Notes under the pieces: generated by a model
What the model saw: only the letters and a program-made list of their open reading frames with translations
What the model was told of the DNA's origin: nothing
Databases searched by the model: none
DNA from: an uncultured Staphylococcaceae bacterium
GTDB lineage: Bacteria > Bacillota_I > Bacilli_A > RFN20 > CAG-826
Direction: 5' to 3'
Length of the DNA: 55,190 nucleotides
Assembly: GCA_964416025.1 (NCBI GenBank)
Contig: CAYQCJ010000004.1
Coordinates: 1-55,190 of the forward strand
Part shown: positions 10,132 to 19,734 of the stretch, piece by piece
How the letters are laid out: each line of letters begins with the position of its first letter
How positions within the stretch are numbered: position 1 is the stretch's first letter
Translations under genes and position numbers: made by a program

Positions 10132-11009
10132 TTAAGAGAAGCCGTTCCTTTTTCCATTAAATAATCATAATTTTCTAAAATATTTTTAAATACTTTTAAT
10201 GATTTAGCACAATAAAATCCATCATTAATTCTTTCATCAACTGTAAATCCAATTGGTAACATCAAAGACATTTTGTATGTTCCATCTTCATTATATTGAG
10301 GTTCATATTTTGCTTTTCCAACAAGGGCAAAAACAGAATTGGTTCCTCTATTAGCTAAATGATGATAACCACTACCCATACCAAGAGAACCAATATTAGA
10401 TAAAAATACACTAGAATAATCTACATCACCTTTACGGATACTTTTTGGTTCGTGTCCCTTCTTATCAAGGAAATTCATAAAATTAACATAAGCACCAACT
10501 ACAAATCTTGGAAGTATTGAGGCAAGTTTTAAAGAGTCTTCTCCGGCGGTTTGTTTGCCACTTCTTTCGTTAAAAACCTCGCTTAAAATTATGTTATAAA
10601 CATCATTTAAATTCACATCATTATCAAATTTTAATAAAGCCAATCCTTCTTGAGAATGATCAATAAATTGTCTTCGAATAACGAATGAGAGCGAAATATC
10701 ATCTCTTTGAAATAATTTTTTGTTTTGCACAAAACGATTCATATAAGGTCTTAATACAAAAGTTTTAATTAAAGCTGTGCAAATACAATGAAAATAAGTA
10801 AGGTGTTTTTCTTTTGGTAAATCTTTATTAAATTCTTCAAGTTTACCCTTCAGATTCGTTACATCAATTTTGATATTTATAAACGCTTCATTTGAAACTC
10901 GATCTTTATACATGTAAGGCATAATTATGTGTAAAGGATCAGCATCACGAACTAAAGTGGCATCAAAACGATCGCCAAATCTTTTCTTTTTTGAATTATT
11001 ATTTTTCAT
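10116..11009 (-). CDS. Stand-alone 2-oxoacid dehydrogenase E2-like acyltransferase catalytic domain
   Basis: TYFH..ALIK...P.MN, SVFLSNIGSLG, FTVDERINDG (DHRxxDG-equivalent); no lipoyl domain. Confidence 0.8.
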   Translation of the reverse strand: MKNNNSKKKRFGDRFDATLVRDADPLHIIMPYMYKDRVSNEAFINIKIDVTNLKGKLEEFNKDLPKEKHLTYFHCICTALIKTFVLRPYMNRFVQNKKLFQRDDISLSFVIRRQFIDHSQEGLALLKFDNDVNLNDVYNIILSEVFNERSGKQTAGEDSLKLASILPRFVVGAYVNFMNFLDKKGHEPKSIRKGDVDYSSVFLSNIGSLGMGSGYHHLANRGTNSVFALVGKAKYEPQYNEDGTYKMSLMLPIGFTVDERINDGFYCAKSLKVFKNILENYDYLMEKGTASLKEIYQ

Positions 11010-11138
11010 AAAAACCTTTCTTTTAATTATTTACAACTAAAATTATAACATAAAATCTATAAAATTTTATGGGGTTGAAAATCACTTATTTGGTTAAAGT
11101 AACATATTTTTATTCTAATTTTTACATTTTTATCAGAC

Positions 11139-11585
11139 TTAATAATGCTTATATAATCGCGATATTTCGCCATCATCACAATTTACTTCACAGCAAAACT
11201 CCCACCCATATCTTTCATAAAAAGACGTGTGATCAGTAACTAAATATAGAGGAGATATACCTTTGCTTTTCATATCTTCAACCGCTAAATTCAATAATTT
11301 TCCTGCAATACCTCTATTTCTATATTGTTTTAATACAAATACTGCACAAACATTAGGTGATAAATCAGTTCTCTCGTGAAAGTCATTGTCGATCACACCT
11401 AAACCTCCAACAATTTCTTCTCCATTTAAACAGAGATACCATCCATTTTTAGTTTCTCCATTTATGTATTTATTCATACATTCATAATAAGCATCTTGAG
11501 GTATACCCCATTTGTCAGAAAACCAAATTGATGCATCTTTAATTAAATCTTTTCTATCTATAAGTTTAATAAATGATAAGTCCAT
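11139..11585 (-). CDS. GNAT family N-acetyltransferase
   Basis: VFVLKQYRNRGIAGKLL acetyl-CoA motif; FYERYGW. Confidence 0.9.
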   Translation of the reverse strand: MDLSFIKLIDRKDLIKDASIWFSDKWGIPQDAYYECMNKYINGETKNGWYLCLNGEEIVGGLGVIDNDFHERTDLSPNVCAVFVLKQYRNRGIAGKLLNLAVEDMKSKGISPLYLVTDHTSFYERYGWEFCCEVNCDDGEISRLYKHY

Positions 11586-11852
11586 TATTAGTAATTCCTT
11601 TTCTTTAATATAATAAGAATGACTTATTTTCTCAAGAGATGATTATTAGTTTTTATAATAAACATCAATAATTATGTAACAATCAACTTATTGATGATAA
11701 ATAAAGATTATTTATTATCGACTTTCATATAGGATGCAATGAAATAAAAGTCAGGCACTTTAGGGTAGAGTTAACAATTTCCAATACAATTGATACAATT
11801 TTTAAGGTCTTATAAATAAAAAAAGTCCGATAAAATCGAACAAATAATTTAT

Positions 11853-11926
11853 TGGTGCCCCCTCGCAGAGTCGAACTACGCATTGATCCTTACCATGGAT
11901 CCGTTATACCGATTAACTAAGGGGGC
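11853..11926 (-). tRNA. tRNA-Thr(GGT)
   Basis: Cloverleaf: acceptor GCCCCCT/AGGGGGC + ACCA, D-stem GTTA/TAAC, anticodon stem GATCC/GGATC with loop ATGGTAA, T-loop TTCGACT; downstream hairpin GTTCGAT/ATCGGAC + U-tract. Confidence 0.95.
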
Positions 11927-12002
11927 AACGCCTTATTAGTATATAGAATTCGTCTATTAAAAACAACAAAATTTTTATACTTAAAGAATACAAAACATAA
12001 GA

Positions 12003-12031
12003 GCTTTATTGTCGCCAAACGACAATAAAGC
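12003..12031 (-). terminator. Terminator hairpin after the ABC substrate-binding gene
   Basis: Perfect 12-bp stem gctttattgtcg-ccaaa-cgacaataaagc. Confidence 0.75.
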
Positions 12032-12046
12032 AATTATTTATTAATT

Positions 12047-13216
12047 TTAAGCAAAGAAAGTCTTGGTATCGATTTGTTGATAACCACCATAACTAAATGT
12101 TTTAGCTTTAATTTCATCATTTAATTCTTGACCTAAGAAAGCTTTGGTAACTTTATCGGTTATAGTTTCGATGTTATATCCACTAAATTGCTCAGGATAA
12201 ACCACCATTGCATTATAGTAAGTATTTATTAAAGCAATTTCTAAATTTGTGTAGTAAGCATTATAGGCCATTTGAAGATAAACCTTACCTTCATTCCAAG
12301 CTTTACAAGAATCAAAAATTGTATTATCAGCTTTATATAATGGCTTAATATTTTTAATTGAAGCGGCATCTAAAATCATGATATCAATGTTTTCACCCAT
12401 ACTTACAAACTTTTCAATTTCGATGGTTTGAGTTCCATCTTTTATCAAATTCCCCTGCGAATCACATATATTTTTAATATTTGCTACATTAAATGGTTCG
12501 TAATTTTTAGCAGTTGTTAAGTAAGTAGTTGTTCCCCAATTACCTAATCCACCAATATAAACATTCTTCTTATCGCTATCAGCAATTGCGCTTGTTTTAG
12601 ATGATATTTCTTCTTTACTATCACTAATAAATTTATTTAATGTTTTAGCTTTTTCAACTTTATCAAAGATCTTTCCTAAATTAGTAATACTTGTAGCAAC
12701 CTTGGTATCAAAGACTCCTTCAGTTCCATACCCCACAGTAAAAACTGGAACACCAATTTGTTTACTTAAAGCATCGGCTTTATCTTTATCTTCATATTCC
12801 GAGATAACAATATCTGGTTTACAAGTTAAAATCTTTTCTGCTTCCGCAGTTTGCGCTTGTGGTCCACCAACTCCACACGATGGTAAAGTGTTCAAAATTG
12901 TTGAATTTGCCATCACATAAGGTCTAGCAACTGCATCAAACATCTTTGGTCTAGAAGAAAGTGATTCGTTATCAATATCTTCAACACCACTCAGTAAATT
13001 CATATCACCAACATAAGAATATAATCTTAAGGCTCCAGCTCCAATGCAAACTACTTTTTTATAACTTCCAGCTACAAGTGTCATTTCTCTACCAACTGAA
13101 TCAGTGATAGTAAATGCATCGTCTCCATCGTTATTTCCACCATTTGTAGCACAACTAATAAGTGATACTCCTAATAAAGCTACTAATCCAAACAATACTT
13201 TTTTATTCATTTTCAT
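12047..13216 (-). CDS. Iron-chelate/cobalamin ABC transporter substrate-binding lipoprotein (TroA-like superfamily)
   Basis: Start reassigned to MKMNKK after GGAGA; lipobox LISC; KVVCIGAGALRL, AEKILTCKPDIVI. Confidence 0.85.
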   Translation of the reverse strand: MKMNKKVLFGLVALLGVSLISCATNGGNNDGDDAFTITDSVGREMTLVAGSYKKVVCIGAGALRLYSYVGDMNLLSGVEDIDNESLSSRPKMFDAVARPYVMANSTILNTLPSCGVGGPQAQTAEAEKILTCKPDIVISEYEDKDKADALSKQIGVPVFTVGYGTEGVFDTKVATSITNLGKIFDKVEKAKTLNKFISDSKEEISSKTSAIADSDKKNVYIGGLGNWGTTTYLTTAKNYEPFNVANIKNICDSQGNLIKDGTQTIEIEKFVSMGENIDIMILDAASIKNIKPLYKADNTIFDSCKAWNEGKVYLQMAYNAYYTNLEIALINTYYNAMVVYPEQFSGYNIETITDKVTKAFLGQELNDEIKAKTFSYGGYQQIDTKTFFA

Positions 13217-13973
13217 TTCTCCAATACAATATAATTTTCTTCCCATCGATATATTTTATTTCACAAGGAACATCGAATACCTCGTTAACTAATTCACAAG
13301 TAACAAAATCTTTATTGCCACTAGCAACCAATCTTCCTTCTTTAAGGAACAAGAAGTGATCACCAACTTCTAAAGCAATATTTAAGTCATGAATTGCTAT
13401 TAAGACACTAATCTTTTTAGTATCTACCAACTTTTTAATCATCTTTAATAACTTTAATTCGTTATTTATATCCAGATTGCTCGTTGGCTCATCAAACACG
13501 ATTATTCGTGGTTCTTGAGCCAAGGCACGAGCAATCGCCACTCTTTGTTTTTCGCCTCCACTCAATTCATCAACACTTTTGAAAGCCAATTTTTCTAACC
13601 CCATTTCTTCAATGACATTAGCAACAATCTCTTTATCTTTTTCACTTGCTGAGAAATTGAAGTAAGGCAATCTACCTAATAAAATTGAATCAAATACTGA
13701 TAAATTTCCGAAGGTAATTTGTTGAGGAACATAAGCGATTTTTTTGGCTCTTTCTGGCTTTTTAATTTCGCTTAAATTTTCGCCATCTAAACAAATTGAG
13801 CCACCCTTTACCGGTAATATTCCAACAATGGCCTTAAATATTGTACTTTTTCCAGCACCATTTGGACCGACTAAAACCGTGACTTTTCCATCAGGAATTT
13901 CAAAGCTTACATCATCAATAATATTAGGTTTTTTCTTGCCATATGAAACCTCTAAATGCTTAACTTCTATCAT
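13203..13973 (-). CDS. FecE/BtuD-type ABC transporter ATP-binding protein
   Basis: GPNGAGKS, LSGGEKQRVAIARALAQEP, DEPT, IHDLN. Confidence 0.95.
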   Translation of the reverse strand: MIEVKHLEVSYGKKKPNIIDDVSFEIPDGKVTVLVGPNGAGKSTIFKAIVGILPVKGGSICLDGENLSEIKKPERAKKIAYVPQQITFGNLSVFDSILLGRLPYFNFSASEKDKEIVANVIEEMGLEKLAFKSVDELSGGEKQRVAIARALAQEPRIIVFDEPTSNLDINNELKLLKMIKKLVDTKKISVLIAIHDLNIALEVGDHFLFLKEGRLVASGNKDFVTCELVNEVFDVPCEIKYIDGKKIILYWRNENE

Positions 13974-15085
13974 ATAAATTTTCTCCTATTTGAAAAAATT
14001 AAGTACAAGAAGAAAGGCGCACCAATTAATGAAGTTATAGCTCCTACTGGAAGAGCGGTTCCATTTCCAATACCTCTACTTAAGGTATCAGCAACTAATA
14101 AAAGTAAACTACCAGCCATAATTGAAGATGGAATTGTATAGCGATGATCGTTCCCAAGAATACGTTTCATTGAATGTGGAGCAATTATACCTACAAAGCC
14201 AATAATGCCCAAAAACGACACGCAAACCGCTGTTATTAAGGAACTAAGCAACAATGAAATGAAACGCAAGACGTTTACGTGAATTCCTAAACTATTTGCG
14301 ACCATATCTCCACCTAATAAAGCATTATATTTCCAAGAACATATTGCAAAAAAGACCACCCCAACAATTACAACAACTGCCATTATTAAATCAGTTTCGT
14401 AAGTGGCTCGACCAAGATCACCAAAATTCCAAACTGTTGCAGCACTTAAACCGACATCAGTTGCAAAAAATTGTAAAAAAGTCGTGCCAGCTGTCCAAAC
14501 AGAACCAATTGCAATACCCGCTAAAACAACGGTATTTGGCGAAAAATCTTTTAATCGGCACAAACCTAAAATAACCAAAATTGAGATAAATGAAAATATA
14601 AAAGCCATTAAAGAAGTCGCATAAGGATTTGCTCCATTAGAGAAATCTTGAACATTATTTCCTAAAGATAAAAAGCCACCAGCAAAGGCGATTATTGATA
14701 AATTGGCACCAAAAACGGCAGCATTTGATACACCTAAAGTTGATGGAGAAGCCATAACATTACCTAGTGTTGTTTGCATAATTAATCCGCTTATTGCTAA
14801 ACCAGAACCAGCAAGTAAAGCCGCTAAAATTCGTGGAACTCTAATATTCCACATAATTCTAATATTGGTAGCGTCTCCTTGTCTAAAAAGAGCCATAAAG
14901 CTTTCGCCTATACTCATATTTGAACTTCCAACAAATAAACATACGAAAGTCATGATAATAACTAAAAGGAAAATAACTAACATGGTAATTAGTTTCGATT
15001 TTTTAGTTTTTGCATACTCTTTTCGCAAATTTAATTCATATTTATTAACTAAATTATTGGGTTCCATACTCAAAATAATACACAA
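13970..15085 (-). CDS. FecCD-family ABC transporter permease (true start may be 15067, MEPNN)
   Basis: IRVPRILAALLAG, Q...N.MASP..LGVS..A, IGFVGIIAPH, LPVGAITSLIGAPFFLYL. Confidence 0.95.
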   Translation of the reverse strand: MCIILSMEPNNLVNKYELNLRKEYAKTKKSKLITMLVIFLLVIIMTFVCLFVGSSNMSIGESFMALFRQGDATNIRIMWNIRVPRILAALLAGSGLAISGLIMQTTLGNVMASPSTLGVSNAAVFGANLSIIAFAGGFLSLGNNVQDFSNGANPYATSLMAFIFSFISILVILGLCRLKDFSPNTVVLAGIAIGSVWTAGTTFLQFFATDVGLSAATVWNFGDLGRATYETDLIMAVVVIVGVVFFAICSWKYNALLGGDMVANSLGIHVNVLRFISLLLSSLITAVCVSFLGIIGFVGIIAPHSMKRILGNDHRYTIPSSIMAGSLLLLVADTLSRGIGNGTALPVGAITSLIGAPFFLYLIFSNRRKFI

Positions 15086-15190
15086 TTAAGTATGGTTTTT
15101 ATACTAATTTGATAAATATTTCGTTTAAAGTTTCATTCGAAATATTTGTTACTTTCATTTTTCGAAAAAAACGCCAATTTTTAAGATCGA

Positions 15191-16489
15191 TTAGGCTTCT
15201 TCGCCATATAAATCATAAACAAAAGCGTTCGTAATTTTAATTAAAACTTCATCACCAAGCTTATGTTTTTTAGTATTTTTTAAGAATACATTTCCATCAA
15301 TATCATCAGGTGCATTATAAACACATCTTACTAAATAATCGCCCTTATCTTCGCCGATTATAATTCCTTTAAAAACCTTACCAACCAATTCCTTATTAAG
15401 TGAATAAGAAATCTCTGCTTGAAGTTGCATTACTTCATCTTTTCTCTTATCTTTAGTTTTTTGTTGTAATTGATGAGGTAAATTATAAGCTTTAGTACCT
15501 TCTTCTTTAGAATAAGTAAAAACACCAAGATGATTAAATTTAACTGTTGAAATAAAATCCTTTAATTCTTGAACATCTTTTTCGGTTTCGCCAGGAAAAC
15601 CAACAATAACAGTCGTTCTTAAAATAGCATCAGGTATATATTCTTTAATCTTTTTAAATAATGCTAACATCGATTCTTTTGTATCTCTTCTATTCATAGA
15701 TTTAAGAATTTTGTCATTAGCATGTTGAATTGGGACATCAAAATAATGTGGGAATTTAGGGCTACTAGCGATTAATTTTAACAAATCATCACTAATTCCT
15801 TCTGGATAAAGATATAAACATCTAATCGATTCAATTCCTTCAATATCATTTAAACGAGTTAATAAAGTAACTAAATTAACATCCTTGTCTTTTAAATCTT
15901 TTCCATAACTTGTTGGATCTTGTCCGATAACAACAATTTCTTTTACGCCTTCTTTAGCGATCTTTTTAGTATATTCAACAAGCATATCTTCATCGTAACT
16001 AACGAAACGACCACGAATAAATGGGATCGCACAAAAGGCACAAAAATTATTGCATCCTTCACTAATTTTTAAATAAGCAGTATATTTTGGAGTGCTTAAA
16101 ATACGACTTGAAAAGTCAATATCCCCTGCAAATCCCCCTTCTTTTTTATTAAATAGCTTATTTATTAATGTTGGAAGATTCTTATATTCTTCTTTAAAAC
16201 GAATCCATAAAGAGACTTCAGGAATTTCTTTTTTAAGTTCATCGTAATATCTTTCAACTAAGCAACCAGTAACAATTAATTTCTTTTTATATTTAGTGGC
16301 ATCTAAAATTGTATTAATACCTTCAATCTTAGCACTAAGAATAAATCCACAAGTATTTATGATGATGGCATCACTTTCGTTAGGGTTAGAAACGATTTGA
16401 TAACCATTCATTTTTAAAGAAGCTAAAATAGCTTCACTATCGACAGTGTTCTTAACACAACCTAAAGAAATTAAACAAATCTTTATCAT
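15191..16489 (-). CDS. rimO: Ribosomal protein S12 methylthiotransferase RimO
   Basis: SLGCVKNTVDSE, INTCGFI, KISEGCNNFCAFCAIPFIRG radical-SAM motif, LRTTVIVGFPGETE, C-terminal TRAM region. Confidence 0.95.
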   Translation of the reverse strand: MIKICLISLGCVKNTVDSEAILASLKMNGYQIVSNPNESDAIIINTCGFILSAKIEGINTILDATKYKKKLIVTGCLVERYYDELKKEIPEVSLWIRFKEEYKNLPTLINKLFNKKEGGFAGDIDFSSRILSTPKYTAYLKISEGCNNFCAFCAIPFIRGRFVSYDEDMLVEYTKKIAKEGVKEIVVIGQDPTSYGKDLKDKDVNLVTLLTRLNDIEGIESIRCLYLYPEGISDDLLKLIASSPKFPHYFDVPIQHANDKILKSMNRRDTKESMLALFKKIKEYIPDAILRTTVIVGFPGETEKDVQELKDFISTVKFNHLGVFTYSKEEGTKAYNLPHQLQQKTKDKRKDEVMQLQAEISYSLNKELVGKVFKGIIIGEDKGDYLVRCVYNAPDDIDGNVFLKNTKKHKLGDEVLIKITNAFVYDLYGEEA

Positions 16490-16490
16490 A

Positions 16491-17939
16491 TTATCTCTTA
16501 TATTTTTTCACTAATTCTAATATATAAGGAATAAGAGCTTCAAAATCAACGAAATCTCTTAATTTAAATTCCCAGTTTGGACTTCCTAAAGTTCCTGGTA
16601 AATTCATTCTAGCATCCTTATCAAGACCTAAATAATCTTGAATTGGAATAATACAATAATCACAATTGCTCTTAAAAGCAGTCTCAATCATTTTCTTATG
16701 AATTGGTTGCTTTAAATCAATATTATGAACTCTAAAAATAACCTTAAGTTGTTCTTTTTGTTGATAAGTTAATTCATTAAACCAGCCAACTACTGGGTCA
16801 TTATCGTGATTTCCAGTATAGACAATTTGGTTAGGAATATTTTTAAAATTAGGATCAAGAATTGTAAATTCAAGAATATTCATACCTTTCATTTTATATT
16901 TATCACGTAATTCACCAACACTTGGGAATAATTCACCTAAATCTTCAGCAACAATTTCACTACTTAATTTATTTTTATATAACATTCCGAAGAATTCATC
17001 ACCATAAGAATTGGCCCAATTACCAATTTTAGCAGTAGGTGAAGAAGATGGAATCATGTAATATGTATCGAAAGCTCTAAAGTGATCAATACGAACAAAA
17101 TCAAATAATTTCATCGCAAAATTAACTCTTGAAAACCAAAAAGTATATTTATCATCTTTCATGAAATCCCAATCATAAATTGGATTCCCCCATCTTTGGC
17201 CATCTGCAGAAAATAAATCTGGTGGACATCCAGCAACAAAAGTAGGAGCTCCGTTTTTATCTAATAAGAAATTGTCTTGATTGCTCCAACAATCACTACT
17301 ATTGCCGCCAACATAAAATGGAATATCGCCCATCAATAAGATTCCTTGTTCATGAGCATAAGCTTTTAATTCAAAATACTCTTCATAAAGAATAAATTGG
17401 CACCATTCATAAAATAAAATATCTTTTGCATATTTAGATTTATCAAAATCCTTATTATATGTGGCATTTTTTTCATCTTCTGGCCAATCACACCACTCTT
17501 TATAATTGTTCTTAAGAAGTAAGACCATAAATAAAGCGTAGGTTGGACACCATGTATTTTCTTTAATGAATTTCTTAAATTCAGTTCCGTTAGTATCTTT
17601 TTGCTTTTTAAAAGCTTGTTCAAGATACTTTCTCTTTAAATCAATAACGGCTTCATAATTTACTTTTTCAGCTTTGCTATTAAATTCCATTGGTTCAGAA
17701 ATTAATTTTCTTCTAAATAGATCATTTAAAGAAACATAATTCAAATCGATAGCTTCTCCACAACTGGATTGATAAGGACTTGCTCCAAATCCGATCGGAT
17801 TTAATGGTAATAATTGCCAAATCTTAATATGGGCCTTCTTTAATAAATCAATAAATTCGTATGCTTCTTTATCAAAACTACCAATCCCATATTTACTTGG
17901 TAAAGATGATAACGCACATAAAATTCCGTTTGTTCTCAT
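16491..17939 (-). CDS. malQ: 4-alpha-glucanotransferase (GH77)
   Basis: WQLLPLNP, GDIPFYV, GQRWGNPIYDW, RIDHFRAF, AEDLG, YTGNHDN. Confidence 0.95.
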   Translation of the reverse strand: MRTNGILCALSSLPSKYGIGSFDKEAYEFIDLLKKAHIKIWQLLPLNPIGFGASPYQSSCGEAIDLNYVSLNDLFRRKLISEPMEFNSKAEKVNYEAVIDLKRKYLEQAFKKQKDTNGTEFKKFIKENTWCPTYALFMVLLLKNNYKEWCDWPEDEKNATYNKDFDKSKYAKDILFYEWCQFILYEEYFELKAYAHEQGILLMGDIPFYVGGNSSDCWSNQDNFLLDKNGAPTFVAGCPPDLFSADGQRWGNPIYDWDFMKDDKYTFWFSRVNFAMKLFDFVRIDHFRAFDTYYMIPSSSPTAKIGNWANSYGDEFFGMLYKNKLSSEIVAEDLGELFPSVGELRDKYKMKGMNILEFTILDPNFKNIPNQIVYTGNHDNDPVVGWFNELTYQQKEQLKVIFRVHNIDLKQPIHKKMIETAFKSNCDYCIIPIQDYLGLDKDARMNLPGTLGSPNWEFKLRDFVDFEALIPYILELVKKYKR

Positions 17940-18052
17940 AATGCAATAATTTTATAATAAACCGACATGAATATAAAGACAAAACACCTACATTTTCACA
18001 ATATTTTGTATAAAAATTGAAATAAAAATCAAATAAATTGTGTTTTAAGTGG

Positions 18053-18090
18053 TTATTTTCTGAAAATCATTAATCATTTTCAGAAAATAA
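18053..18090. promoter_or_regulatory. Perfect 15-bp inverted repeat, candidate operator (Fur-box-like core)
   Basis: TTATTTTCTGAAAAT-cattaatc-ATTTTCAGAAAATAA between divergent promoters. Confidence 0.6.
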
Positions 18091-18112
18091 TTAAAAAAGT
18101 TGTGGAATTCAC

Positions 18113-18140
18113 TTGCATAAATAAAAAAGGCGTGTATTAT
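18113..18140 (+). promoter_or_regulatory. Sigma-A-type promoter of the small ORF
   Basis: TTGCAT-16 nt-TATTAT. Confidence 0.55.
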
Positions 18141-18210
18141 ATAGTGTCCTGCTGGTTTTCTTTATAACCCTAAAGAAAAATACTTGGTAGGAATTTGAAA
18201 GGAGATAATT

Positions 18211-18345
18211 ATGAAATTACTTAACAAAAAAGTAAGAATTCATGATCGCAACTCCAAAAACGTAAGACCAAACAGAAATGAAAGTGGGTTTATGAATTTT
18301 GTAAACGATCTTGTAACTTATTCTGATTTTCCAACACAAAACTAG
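18211..18345 (+). CDS. Unannotated 44-aa protein with a basic N-terminus (MKLLNKKVRIHDRNSKNVRPNRNESGFMNFVNDLVTYSDFPTQN)
   Basis: Strong RBS GAAAGGAGA upstream of ATG, upstream promoter, downstream terminator; missing from the ORF track because of its length. Confidence 0.7.
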   Translation: MKLLNKKVRIHDRNSKNVRPNRNESGFMNFVNDLVTYSDFPTQN

Positions 18346-18367
18346 ATAACAATTCTTACAAAAATCT

Positions 18368-18400
18368 ATCTCAGGCAAAAGCCTGAGATTTTTTCTTTTT
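18368..18400 (+). terminator. Intrinsic terminator after the 44-aa ORF
   Basis: atctcaggc-aaaa-gcctgagat followed by a U-rich tract. Confidence 0.9.
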
Positions 18401-18441
18401 TAAGGCCTAATAACGTTTATATTTGCTATAATATATCAAAG

Positions 18442-19707
18442 GTGATTATTATGGGCGAAAATACAAAAGAAAATTTAAATACGAATGGCAAATACTTATT
18501 TGTCAGTGGAGTTGCACCACTTAAACAATTCAGAGTAAGAACAGCGCAATTAATAAACGGAATTGCTTGTCACTTAATTCCTTGGAAGTCTCCAAAATTG
18601 CTTCCAAATTACGATTATTTGGTTAAAAAATACAAAGAAAAAGGAAAGAAACATGTTTTAATTGTGGCTGATAAATCTGTTTATCAACTTGGCTTATTAA
18701 AATGTTTGTTAGTTGCCTTAGATAAAGAGAAAATAAAGTACTCAATTTTTACTGATATCAACCCAAATCCAACCATTACTAATATTAATAATGGAAAGGC
18801 TTTTTATTTGAGTGAAAAATGTGACTCAATAATTACAATTGGTGGAGGATCAGCTATGGATGCTGGAAAATCAATCGGCATTCTTATAACAAATAAAAAG
18901 CCAATTAATAAATATAAAGGATTATTTAAAGTTAGACATCCTTTACCACTTCTTTCAGCGATTCCAACAACTTGTGGCACTGGTTCTGAAACCACTTTAG
19001 CTGCAGTTATTTTAGATGATTCCACTGGAAAGAAATATCCAATTGAATCTAATAGAATTGTTCCATCATTTGCTTTACTTGATGTAAATCTAATTCGCGA
19101 TTTACCAAAGAGTGTTTTTGCTCAAACTGGTATGGACGCTTTAACCCATGCAATCGAAGCTTATTTAAATAATCACGGAACTCACAAAACTAGACAAATG
19201 GCTTTAAAAGCAATAAATATTATTGGTCAATATATCGAAGTTGGTTATTTTGGTGATATCCACGCAAGAAACGAAATGCTTAAAGCTTCTTATTTAGCTG
19301 GTAAGGCCTTTAATCGTGCGATGGTTGGCAATTGTCACGCAATTGCTCACGCAATTGGTGGAAAATATAATCTTCCTCATGGTTACTTAAATGCTGTTAT
19401 TTTACCTTTTGTTTTAACTACTTATTACACAAGAGCTACTTCAAAACTTGATACCATCAGTAAATCATTTGGTGTTCAAACAGGACACGACAAAAAACAA
19501 AATGCGATCAATGTAATTGAGCGCATTCAAGAATTAAATAGATTATTTGGTATACCAACATATATCGAACAAATTAAGGACGAAGACATTCCTCAATTAG
19601 CACAATCTGCTTATAAAGAAGCAGTACCACTTTACCCAACTCCTTTAGTTTATTCTTATAAGGATTTTGAAAGAGTTATTAAATTCTTGCAAACTAAAAA
19701 AGATTAA
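18442..19707 (+). CDS. Iron-containing alcohol dehydrogenase
   Basis: IGGGSAMDAGK, AIPTTCGTGSETT, GMDALTHAIEAY, HAIAHAIGG...HG. Confidence 0.95.
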   Translation: MIIMGENTKENLNTNGKYLFVSGVAPLKQFRVRTAQLINGIACHLIPWKSPKLLPNYDYLVKKYKEKGKKHVLIVADKSVYQLGLLKCLLVALDKEKIKYSIFTDINPNPTITNINNGKAFYLSEKCDSIITIGGGSAMDAGKSIGILITNKKPINKYKGLFKVRHPLPLLSAIPTTCGTGSETTLAAVILDDSTGKKYPIESNRIVPSFALLDVNLIRDLPKSVFAQTGMDALTHAIEAYLNNHGTHKTRQMALKAINIIGQYIEVGYFGDIHARNEMLKASYLAGKAFNRAMVGNCHAIAHAIGGKYNLPHGYLNAVILPFVLTTYYTRATSKLDTISKSFGVQTGHDKKQNAINVIERIQELNRLFGIPTYIEQIKDEDIPQLAQSAYKEAVPLYPTPLVYSYKDFERVIKFLQTKKD

Positions 19708-19734
19708 CAAAATAATGGGGATTGACAAGGGATT

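Noticed and set aside
11586-11926. tRNA-Thr as integration site with a duplicated att
   Set aside because: No second copy of the tRNA 3' end noticed in the window and no integrase nearby
15086-15190. Cobalamin riboswitch upstream of the FecCD ABC operon
   Set aside because: The spacer is short, AT-rich and lacks B12-box motifs
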